A stretch of DNA of 64,000 bases from assembly GCA_963693365.1 (NCBI GenBank), contig CAVNZM010000002.1, positions 10,782,328 through 10,846,327 of the forward strand, written 5' to 3'. Of the stretch, positions 53,060 through 64,000 are shown piece by piece. Made by a program: the position numbers and the translations under genes. The DNA is from Amoebidium appalachense (Eukaryota; Protista; Ichthyosporea). The first letter of the stretch is position 1; every line of letters starts with the position of its first letter. The notes beneath the pieces are model-generated. The model ran no database searches and was not told the DNA's origin. It worked only from the letters and a program-made list of their open reading frames with translations.

Positions 53060-55858
53060 CTAGAGCTTGACCCTGTAGGCCTGCAGCAGGTACTTCTTGT
53101 CGGCATACTCCTGCACCCAGTGTCAGCACATGACCCACAGGCCCCACTCAGGCAGGGCAGCACCCACCATGCGCAGCACACTGTCCAACTGCCGGGTGGC
53201 CCTGCGCAGCTTGCCCCCCATCATGCTGCTGTACAGCAGTGCCGCCCTGCAGATAAAGTCAGCACCAAATGACACCCCCTGCCTGCCAAAAGGTACCACG
53301 TGCTTACAGCAGAAACACGGCCAGTGGCCCCAGGAACCCGATGTTGGCCAGGTAGTTGAAGATGGTCGGGATGAATGCCGGCCGGATGGGCTGCTGCACT
53401 GAAAGTCAGCACCCTGTGCATGCCCCTGCCAGCCACCAAAGAGGGGAGGGAGGAGTACCCAAGCAAGCTCCAGCGCCTGGAACATAGTTGCGTAGTTGGC
53501 ATGGGGCCCACATGTGTCCAGGCTGCAGCATGGCCGTCAGCACCACAGGCCGGGCACACAGCCAGGGGGGGGGGTGCACTTACTTTGTGATGAAGAAGCC
53601 GGTCAGCAGGGTGACGCAGAACATGGAGGCCATGTAGACCAGCAGGCAGAAGTAGCCCGAGTTCCACGAGCTGGGTCCCAATTAGCCCCCAGTCCCTGCC
53701 ACCACCCAGCCCCAGCAGGCCACCCACCTCAGCACAAGGCCCGGGGAGCATCCGACCTTCATGTAGCCCCAGCGCTTGCACTGGAAGATCAGCAGCGTCC
53801 CCACAAACCCGATGGCCGGCACCACGGGCGCATACACGGCCCCAATCCTGCAGCAAGGTCAGCACCCACCGGGTGTGCCCTGCCAGTGCCTTGCACCGTG
53901 CCACTGGGGTGCCCAGGCCAATCATGCATGCCCGTCCATGTTGCAGTGCACCAGGCACAGACACAGACGAAGCCAGGGGGCAGGATTCGGAATCGGATGC
54001 CATGCACAGCAAATGCAACAGAAAGGGGCCCAGAAAATTCCCAACACACACAGCCAATACAACATAAGCAGAACCGATGCCAAGCTAAAGCTTAAGTCAT
54101 AGGTCTTGTAGCCTAGTTTCGAACAAGCAGCTGAGGGACCACCACATATGAACATGGTTGAGACACAGGTCTCGACAGGAGCACAGACTGCAGGGACATA
54201 CCAGATGAGGGCCTGGTTGTAGCACACGTCGATGACGTTGTTGCTGAGGTTGAACTCGATGGACGTGTTCTTCATGTGCAGCACCCGCCGATACACAAAG
54301 CGCACAAGCAGCAGCCCGTAGGTGCTGTAGGCACACGTGAACTGCACATCATGTCAGCCACCCAGCCGTGCCCACACACTGCATCGGGGGGATGCACCCA
54401 CCCCTATGTCGCACAGCAGCAGCCGGTACATCTCCTGGCCCAGCACCTGCTGCCAGCACTGCAGGCCAGTCAGCACCCAGCCCCCCAGCCCCCAGCACCT
54501 GACAGGCCCTATGGCCACCTACCCGGTGGCGGTTGACCAGATAGACGGACAGCACCACGGCCCCAATGTATGCGGCCTTGATCACAAACACCCTGCACGG
54601 CCACGGTCAGCAACAACACATGCACCCAGGTGTGCCGTGGCGTGTGTTGGGCACGTACCGGATGGTGGTCAGCTTGATCTTGCTCTCAGGGTGGCGGTAC
54701 TTCTCAAAGGCGCACAGGTACCACAGCACCGTGGGGATTACCAGGTTGAGGGACCCCACACACAGCGCCGTCCATGCTGCCGTCAGCTGCAAAACCCCCC
54801 TTAATCTCCACATCACCCCCAACCTCCCCAGCCACCCCTCCCCCAAACTGCCCCTGTTCCCCGCCCACTCTGTCCCCACATCACACACTCATGCAGCTAC
54901 CTTGTCGCCACTGTGCTCGTAAGCTGTCAGCTGCAGCATGTAGATGGCATAGCTGCCGCCGCCCAGCAGGGCCACACTGAACAGGTTGATCATGGCCCGC
55001 ACCACATACTGCCCCCCCACCACATGAGCCCTCCCACCCTGCACCCCTCCCCCCCCCCCCCCCCCTTTATGGCCCCAGCCTACCGTGCGGGTGCTTGTGA
55101 TGCGAATGGGCTGCAGCACATTCCACAGCCCCTCCTGCACCCCCAAGTCAGCCCCTGCCCATCCTCCCCCCCCCCCCCCCTCCCCATGCACCCACCTTGA
55201 GGGCCTCCGAGTTGTGGCGCTGCAGCAGGGCCACACTCTTCTGCTTGCTGAGGCCAAAGTCCCACGTGCACAGCAGGCGTGTGGCCACGGGGTAGAACTT
55301 GCGCCCCCCCTCGGTGGCCCCTTCAGGCTCCTCCCTGACCTTGGCCAGCATGCTGCATGCAGGGTCAGCACGGCCACCAAGCAGCAGGCCACATGCAGGG
55401 GGTCGCATGCCTCAGCAGGATGACGGCAAACCCGGCTATGGTCATGAGGGCAATGGTGGTGACGTACATGGTGGCCATGGGGTACGGGCCCACCACCTGG
55501 TCGTAGCCCTCGTAGAACATGAATGTGCGCCCAAAATAGCCCTGCCCCAGCATCAGCACCATCCCCCTGCCCAGCCACCATGCAGCCAGCACACGCACCT
55601 GGCCGGTCAGCACGTCCACCAACCGCATGGGCCCGTAGTTCTTGCTTTGGCCCAGCTTGAGCTGGGGCACCACCACAAGGCCCACCCACAGCAGCGTGCG
55701 CCACACGTCAAACACAAGCACCCAGCGGCTGAAGCTGAAGAACTGCCCAATGCTGCGCCCCAGCTTGCCTGGTGTGTGTGTGGGTGGGTGTGTGGGTGTG
55801 TGGGTGTGTGTGTGTGTGTGTGCGCGTGCATGCGTGCGTGGGTGCGTGGGTGCGTGCA

Positions 55859-55905
<47 letters not shown>

Positions 55906-56013
55906 CGTGTGCAGTGTGTGTGTGTGTTTGAGTGTGAGTGTGTGTGTGTGTGTGTGTTGAGTGTGCCTTGTAGTGTATGTCAGTATGTGTACGTATATCC
56001 GAGTGTGTGGATT

Positions 56014-56053
<40 letters not shown>

Positions 56054-56470
56054 CTATCTGTGAACCTTTTTTCCTTATTTCCGCAAGGGCTTGCATGTGT
56101 CGGAGTGCGAGTGAGGGAGTGAGTCACGGTGTGTGTATGTGTGCGTGTGTGTGTCCGTGTGTGTGTGGTGTGTGTGTTCGCTGGGGTGTATGAGTGTGTC
56201 TTGTGTCTGAACATTGATATGTAGGTGTATCAGGGTGTGTCACTGTGTGTTTATGTGTGTGTGCGCACGAATGCATGTGTCCGTGTGTAATAAGGGATGG
56301 ATATGACCGTGTGTATCATCAGTGTCCGTGTACACACACCCGTGACTGGTGTATATCAAAGGAAGCGGTGTGATTTCATCACGTGAGGTGTGTTTTGTGT
56401 GTGCGTGTGTGGCTCTGACCCTGTGTGTGTGTGGTTTCATCCGGAGTATGCGTGTGCGTGCGCGAGAAAG

Positions 56471-56548
<78 letters not shown>

Positions 56549-56661
56549 TTTGTTTGTTTGTTTGTTTGCGTGTGCGTGTAATGATATCATGTGTGTGTTG
56601 TGTGTGTGCCCACGCAACCGTGCGCCCGTGTGTGTATATGTGTATCAACAGGCGCGCGCGC

Positions 56662-56748
<87 letters not shown>

Positions 56749-56905
56749 AGTGCGCCTGTGTGCTCGTGCACATGAGTGCGTATGCATGCATATTCTCGTG
56801 CATGTGTATTTGTGTGTGTGTGTGTGGGGGGGGGGTGTTTGCGTATATGTGTGTGTATGCACGTGTGTGTGTGTGTGCGTGTGTGTGTGTGTGTGTTTGT
56901 GGGTA

Positions 56906-56942
<37 letters not shown>

Positions 56943-58841
56943 GTATGTGTGTGTATACATGTGTGTGTGTGTTTGTGGGGGTGCTTTGTGTGTGTATGTG
57001 TGTGTATGCATGTGTGTGTGTGTCTGTTTGACAAGTGTTTGTGTGTTTGCGTGTATCTGTGTGTGTCTGTGTGTGTGCGTGTGTGGGTTGCTGCTTACCT
57101 TCGACCTCCTTGATACTGGACCGCAGCCATCCAAAGCTCTCCCGCTTGTGGCTTCTTGTGTTATGGTGCTTTCTCTTCTTCTGTTTGTCATTGAATGTTA
57201 CTGAAGGTCCGTGCCAGGATTGGTTGTAATCCAGCCCAATGGTGGCACTTGATAACTAGTCGGTTTTGGGAATTCCTCCCCCCCTCCCGGTTTAGGGGTG
57301 GTCCCCAGCCCTTTACACACACATTGCAAGCGGGGAGTTTAGCAAACAAAGCAATAAACCTCGGTATTGAGTCCAATTGGCAGTGCCTTGCCAATAGGCT
57401 GGGGGGATTACTCTTGCACGACAAGTCCTGGTGGCAGGATCTGTGAGGCTGGTGCATATGTACTAAAATCCACAACCAAAAGTGCTCTGCCCCGACCATT
57501 ACGTACTGACCCTTGAAAAGGCCATATTCCATGTGCAGCAAGTTTTTCACAGCAACATGTATTTGATCCGTGGCACACCACAAACGTCACTGCCTGCCAA
57601 TTGAGGCTCCCACACAATAGTGACGTGTCGTACGGGGATGTGCCACAACAATGGGGCCTAGCAGGGACCCACCCACCTCGGCCTCCCTGCTGGCCTTTGC
57701 AAAGTTCTCCATGTCTGCTGGGGTCACCCCATACTCCTCCCTGGTCCTGGTGCCCCCCACAGGTCAGTGCCCACCTATGCCTGGACACCACCCACACACC
57801 AAGCACACGGCACGCACTTCTTGCCCAGCATGGCGTAGACCCGCTGGGCCCGGCCAACAAGTTCCGTCTGCAGGTCCGTCACAAGCAGCCTGCAGCGCAC
57901 ACAGCGTTAGAACGTGCTGCCTGGTAACCTCCCTAGAGTGAAATCCACTTGCTTGCTTGGTTTGAATGCCTCACCGTGTACCACTGAGTTGATCACGTAC
58001 TTAAAAGTTAATTTGTTGTACCTCTGCCGCTGTAAAGGATACTGCAAAAGACATCTACATGTGTATTAAACAAGTAGTATAAAATAAAAAGAAGTAAGAT
58101 AAAGAACATGCAGGTGTGTGGTTTCGGGGGTCTTCAGCGTGTGCCCCATGGAAACAGCAAAGTCAAAGCAAGCAGGACAGCACCCCACCCAGCTCTACTT
58201 GCATACCTGTTTCCCCTGTCCCCGTCGGTCGTATTGAGCGAGGCATCTGAACCATACCCACCAGCCCTCGTGTCGCTTTTCTGTGTCGTGTAGTTGCTTG
58301 TTAGGGCTTAAGACTGCCACATATAAAACAGGAGAAGAGCTGAGCTAACTTGGTTAGTCACAGCAAGCCACTGGCAGCTAGTCACCTCTAACTGTCAAAC
58401 ACCAGCAGTGAGTGTTAGTGGTGCACGCGAGCCATAAACCTAAGCGGCCAAGCACTTCACACACAGGGAACCAGCAGGGCCCAGCCACAGCCTACACCCA
58501 CCACGTCGGCCAGAGCACAGGCCTCTTCCTGGTGCTGGGCCGCAGCCACAAGGGTGCTGGGCAGGCCGCAGCCAAGCAGCTCGCCCGTGTCCACCTGGCA
58601 GGCACTGTCCACATAGCGCCCATCGGCACTGGCCCTGCTCCCGCAACCATGTTACTGGCCGTAAACGGAGGCAACCCCGCTTAGCACTGACCGTAGGGTC
58701 TTGCCCGGCACCCACCCCTTACCTCAGATCCTCAGAGATGGCCAGGCCCTCTGCCATCTTGCGTCGCCTCTTGAGCACCACCATACTGTCGCCGCTGTCG
58801 CGGCGTACAACTACGCCCTCTTGCCCAGCATCTGGGTCCAT
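53060..58841 (-). CDS. TMC: Transmembrane channel-like (TMC) protein, multi-exon; exons 5' of about 57190 tentative
   Basis: Spliced motifs WLRSSIKEVEGKLGRSIGQFFSFSRW, GYFGRTFMFYEGY, TWDFGL, AFEKYRHP, CWQQVLGQEMYRL, EFNLSNNVIDVCYNQALIW, DKKYLL; all TMC hallmarks. Confidence 0.88.
55770..57085. repeat. Degenerate (GT)n microsatellite array filling a TMC intron
   Basis: About 1.3 kb of GT-rich repeats between exons. Confidence 0.95.
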
Positions 58842-60401
58842 TCTTCTGTGCTGTCACAGGAAAGCTCCCGAACACCGTAAGTTAGGCTTGGACGATTTCC
58901 TGTGCGAGATCTGGGCAGTAGATTTAACAACCACGCCACGCTGAAACCAACTGCTTGCTATTTCGTACCAGTCCGTTGCGTGTTTTCTCAACCTCTCTCT
59001 GCCTGCTAAACACCATTCGGCCCTTTCTCTCCTGTGTACCTGCTAAACACCTTTCTGCCCTCTTTCTCTCGTGTCTGCTGCTGTCTAAGCCCACACCGTT
59101 CACTCCAGACTCAGCCCAGACCATCACAGCCACACAACTGCAGGTTTTGTGTCAAGGTCGGGTGCGGGATTGACCAATCACAGCTGTTTGCGCACTTCCG
59201 AACAGCAGTTGGTTATTTCCGGGAAACAGCTAAATTTACAGATCTTTGGCCGAAATGTTACTATTGGCTTGTGGGGTACCTATCAAGAGCTTTGATATCG
59301 TAAGTTGTTGCTTTATTGTTACATAGGCTATCCCAGTCGCAGAGCTGCTGAATGCGATATGTACAATTTAGCTACAGTCAGCTACAGGTAGTCTTGAGTT
59401 ATGGTTGGTTACCATAATCAATAGCGAATATACATGCTTCTGCCCTTTTGAATTGACAGCTCCCCCCAAAGATGGGATATTTTCTCCTTTGTATGGGAAA
59501 TTTTCAGTGGCTCACTGTCGCGACTGCGCGTCAACTTGCAAGAGGGCGCTGACTCCGGAGGTCTCCCCGAAGGCCGAGGAGCGGGCCGGAGGGGAACGCA
59601 CAGTAGCCTGGCCCGAAACTGTGCAAGCTCTTTCTCTCTCTCAGTGCGGCTGCTGTTGCAGACCAAACGGGCATCCGCACGCCTGCCGGAAACTTCGCCT
59701 CTGCCCTGGACAGGTGCAAGTCAGGACTCAATAAAGGCAACGTCTTGCACAGCTGGCGGAGACATGACCGGAAGGCCTACACGTGCCTGTAGACGTGTGC
59801 ATACATATGATGGAGTTTGTGTTCTTCCTTTTCAGTTGGTAACCTTCTGTGCCCCTCTGGCTTGTCCTCGCAAGGCACACGTGCAAAACGTGTGCCTAGG
59901 GCAACCACTGCGTGCGAAACATACGTATGCTTGGAGTACGTTACTGGAATTGCGATTCTAGTTCGAATGATGGGTGATGGAACCTCAGGGCTCAGCTCCC
60001 TCTTGGTTTGTGCATACGAGGCGACCAGAGGGCCAGCGGAGTGAGGGATGTGACAGGGAGTACAAACAATAGGTGCTTGCTGCCTGCTGGGTACGTGCAG
60101 AGTCGGGCACGGACGTTGTTGAGCAGAGCAATTCTTGGGCAAAGCCTGTGTCAGGGCGCCGCCACACGCACTAACAAGCTAACACTGCAGTCCAAGCTGC
60201 GACCATACATACAGTCCCCTTCCTTAAATTTTCATGCATATTTCACATAGGCCAGCTACAGCAGCAGCCAACATCGAATCATGTTTCAGCCGTCACCTCG
60301 TCCTTCATACGGCAAACCTGTATCACTACGCAAAGCCTTCATAAATAAGCAAGCCGACCCGCAAACACTCCACGGAGCACTGCACCAGACAAGCGCATGA
60401 A

Positions 60402-61161
60402 TCAGAAGTCGTGGGGCCGCACGCCTGCCCTCTGCAGTATCTGCTCGGCGCCCACCACCTCACGCAGCAGCCAGCCCGCTAGCACACGCGCACTGTTATC
60501 CTCGGGCAGGGGCGTGTGCATGCAGCCACTTGTGCGCAAGTGCCACAAGGCCATGGCCACGGTGGCCGATATGTTGAAGCTCTGCACAAACCCGCTCATG
60601 GGCAGCACAAAGTTGGTGTCGGCCAGGCTGGCCACTGCCTGCGACACACCGCGGTGCTCGTTGCCAAACACAAGCGCCAGGCGGCAGTGGCCCGGCAGGG
60701 CCAGCTGGTCCAGGGGCACAGACCCGGCACACAGGTTGGCCGCCAGCACCGTGTAGCCCTCCTCCTTCAGCCGCCTGGGAAGGGAAAGGGGTCAGATAAA
60801 GGGAGCGCCGGGCCCAAACAGCGAACTAGGGGGGTTGCAGCACGTACAAGAGACACTCTGGGGCAGACCTGTGGCGGTGCAGCGTCAGCCACTTTGCGCT
60901 GCTCTTTGCTATGTCGTCGCGCGTGCGGAAGGCAGAATAGCTCTCGACCACGTGCACGTCCTGCACGCCCAGCCCGTCGGCCGTGCGCAGGCAGGCCGAC
61001 GCGTTGAAGTCGTCGCTGATATTTTCCAGCACCAGCCGCACCGTGTGGCGTGAGCCCAGCACCCCCAGCTGCCGGCTCAGCCGTGCGGGGGCCACATGCG
61101 GCCGCAGCACCTCCACTATGCGCCGTGCCGCTGTGGGCGTCAGCGTAAGCCCACCGCCCAT
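60402..61161 (-). CDS. trmH: SpoU/TrmH-family RNA 2'-O-methyltransferase; exons 61161-60848, 60774-60402
   Basis: LVLENISDDFNASACLRTADGLGV, LALVFGNEHRGVS, LPMSGFVQSFNISA SPOUT motifs; one 73-bp GT-AG intron. Confidence 0.9.
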
Positions 61162-61691
61162 GGTGGCGGGCAGACTTAACCGTTGCGTATAGTGCAATCA
61201 GCCTAATTATATTGTAGTTAACAGTCTAGTTCACAGACAATACACGGTGGCTTTGTGCAGCTCCATTCATCACTGCAATCAAGAGAAGACGGTAAGGCAA
61301 CCCTGGCTTTATCTGCCTTTCGGACGCCGCAACACTCAGCAGTCACGGTGAGCTTGGGCGTGTCACGTGGTAGGTTGTGCCGTGCGTGTCACGTGGTAGG
61401 TCGTGCCGTGCGTGCCACGTGGCTAATATGTGTAGTGTATGTGTGGCAGTGTGGCACCGTGTGACTGCGAGTCTAGGGAGCCACAATCGCCACTATTCGC
61501 AAGTTTGCCTTATATAGTAGGAGCAACCGTTGACTCTGATTGGCTAGCTTGGCACCCAAAAGAATTTTTGTATTTTTCAGGGACCTCAGAGGGCCTGCCC
61601 TGCATGCGCAGCCACCAACCCTCAGACTGGCCAGGCCTCAGTCTGCAGGTGCCCTTCCTGACCACCGTCCGCAGCTTGAAACCTCAGCACC

Positions 61692-62341
61692 ATGCCTATC
61701 ACCATTGTTCATGTGTTTGTGCACGTCAAGGTGCGTGTCCTCTCTATTGATACTGGCATCCCTGCAAAGCCTCGCAGACTAACCTCCCCCCCCACCTTTC
61801 CCTCCCACACCCTTTCACATCACAAAAAAAAAAAAAAAAAAAAAAAAAAAGACCACCCACAAAAACACGTAGAACCGTATACATCTGTACGGCCGGGTTT
61901 TTTTGGAACAATCTATACTGGACGCAGATTTGTGGTTGCGCCATGGCCTTAGTCCACTTGCTGTGTTATCGGTGCACTACAACGACATGGCATGGGCTTG
62001 CAAATCAAAGCGCATTTGGAAAGGCGAGAACTGGAGAGTTGGAGGAGGCTAAGTGGTGGTTTGAGAGTGCGACCTACAAGAGACAGACTGTCGTGAAAAT
62101 TTTTTTGTTGCTCAGGTTGGTTGAGGAGGTAAGGTCTCTTAGTACCGTTGGTAAGCACGCTTGGTGGAGTCGTTGTGGGGTCTAGGAAGTTGACTGCCGA
62201 AATTCTGAATGAGGAGGTGTGCCAATCGGAAATTGATGTGCCTAGCTGAAAAGACTGGATCTACACACAGAGCTGGGCGGCACTAAGCCGTCTAAGGCAG
62301 CGTGAGGAATATTGCCTTAGTCTCCCCCCCCTCCCCCCCCT

Positions 62342-62372
<31 letters not shown>

Positions 62373-62379
62373 AAAAAAT

Positions 62380-62429
<50 letters not shown>

Positions 62430-62879
62430 GCACACACACACACAACCACCAGCACCAACACCCCCACCACAACCACCACCCACAGCTGTGAACACCCCAC
62501 ACGCACACACAAAAAAGAAAAAGAGAGAGGAAAAAAAGAATATAGTGTTTTCCCACAACTTCTTCACTGTTGGTATTGGTATTGTGTGTGTGCTGACTGC
62601 CTGCTGCAGGCCGGCACGGAGGAGGCCTTCAAAGCGGCGTCGCTGGAAAATGCCAGAAACAGCGTGCAGGAGCCCGGCATAGTGCGCTTCGACGTGCTGC
62701 AGGTCCACACCCCTTCCCTTACCTCTTGTGCCCCCCAGCCCCCCCCCCCTCACCCCCAGTAACTACCTTCTTGCTGGAGCAGTCCCACCTACCTCACCAA
62801 CTCCAGCTCCCTTGCCGCAAACTCATGTTCCTGCTCACAAACAGGCACACAGCTGCAAAGTTTCAGTGACCAGGGGATC

Positions 62880-62910
<31 letters not shown>

Positions 62911-63700
62911 TCTCGCTTATGCAAGAATGGCCGTTTAAGGAGTGAGCACAAAGCTCACACGTTCGGTGCCACTGGGGAGTTTTTTGGGCTGCATACACCT
63001 GTGTGTGCATGTGTGTGTGTGACAGTATGCAAACAAACCTTTTCTGACTTGCGTTAAAATTTGACTGAGTGTGGAAGGTGTCTTCTTAATTTATGTTTTG
63101 TGCCCGCCAACTTCTGGATACTGATAATGCTTATTTTTTTTTTATTTTTATTTTTTTGGTTTTTGAGTACGTCCGAGTCCTTGTGTATGCTTTTCTGTCT
63201 GTCTCATATGGAGAACATGGTGCGTACACAAACTATTATGCCAAAGGCCAGCACTAGGCCAGCCAGTACAGAGCCAGTGACCTCTTGGCTTTGGTCGATG
63301 CACCTTCTCTCACCGCACACACCCCCTGCAGCAACAAGACGACCCGACCCGGTTTGTGCTCGTGGAGATCTACAGGGACGACAAGGCCCCGGCCGCCCAC
63401 AAGGTGTGCGGTGCCCTGCATGTGGCCACACACAGTTAAAAGCCTACCCCAACAAGGGGGGGAGGGGGGCACATGGTATGAGGGTGTGGGGCTGAATAGG
63501 TCGGGTGCAGGAGACTGCGCACTACAACAAGTGGCGGGACACCGTGGCAGACATGATGGCTGAGACCCGCACAGCGTACGTGGCCCCGTGTGTGTGTGTG
63601 TGTTTGTGTGTGTGTGGAAGGAGATGGGAAATGGAGGGTATGGGTGTGCATGACTCGGATGCTTTTGGTTTCCCTGTGGCCTGTGTGTGTGTGTGTATGT

Positions 63701-63759
<59 letters not shown>

Positions 63760-64000
63760 TCGCAAGCAGTGCCGCAGTGGTATTAGGTCTGCAAGATACC
63801 TTTTTAAGCGAAGAATTAAACCCAGACCAAGCATTTGGGAGCTTGTTCAGTTACACAGTACCTGCAACACAATGAAATGTTCCACACGGCACGCGCACAT
63901 ACACACATACACACACACACACACACACCATGGGTTGCTAACGGCATATGGGTTGGGCAGGAGCAAGTTCAGCAGCCTGTTCCCCACCGACACCCAGTAC
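61692..64000 (+). CDS. LsrG-like / antibiotic-biosynthesis-monooxygenase (ABM) family protein; exons 61692-61730, 62610-62702, 63332-63403, 63511-63575, 63961 to window end
   Basis: Spliced product [103 protein letters not shown]; all junctions GT-AG and in frame. Confidence 0.9.

Noticed and set aside
58950-60350. Possible gene between TMC and TrmH
   Set aside because: Only short ORFs with no recognisable motif or consistent exon chain.

Overview
Eukaryotic, GC-rich, intron-rich genomic DNA, probably a unicellular eukaryote (a unicellular holozoan is plausible; this is inference). Bases 1-24219 are a nest of three LTR retrotransposons. The host is a degenerate + strand Ty3/Gypsy element (A). 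A Ty1/Copia element (B, 4555-11309) sits inside its pol, and a young chromodomain Ty3/Gypsy element (C, - strand, 15473-23720, TSD CACCT) sits near its 3' end. A 71-bp minisatellite follows. The rest is host genes: a probable MEI1/PRD1 meiotic gene, CLP1, an intronless single-pass membrane protein, a CAMK-group kinase, proteasome alpha-2, a TMC channel, and a head-to-head pair of bacterial-type genes (TrmH/SpoU methyltransferase and an LsrG-like ABM protein). Most unusual signals: (1) element A's primer-binding position is antisense to the 5' end/D-arm of a tRNA rather than its 3' CCA end; (2) recurrent tiny palindromic insertions centred on one C or G, resembling DNA-transposon excision footprints; (3) Copia B lacks a TSD and carries its own PPT and PBS bases outside its LTRs; (4) an in-frame gag-TAG-pol junction in element C; (5) introns with a strong CTGAC branch point and G-rich rather than pyrimidine-rich 3' ends. 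All alignments and exon calls were made by eye.
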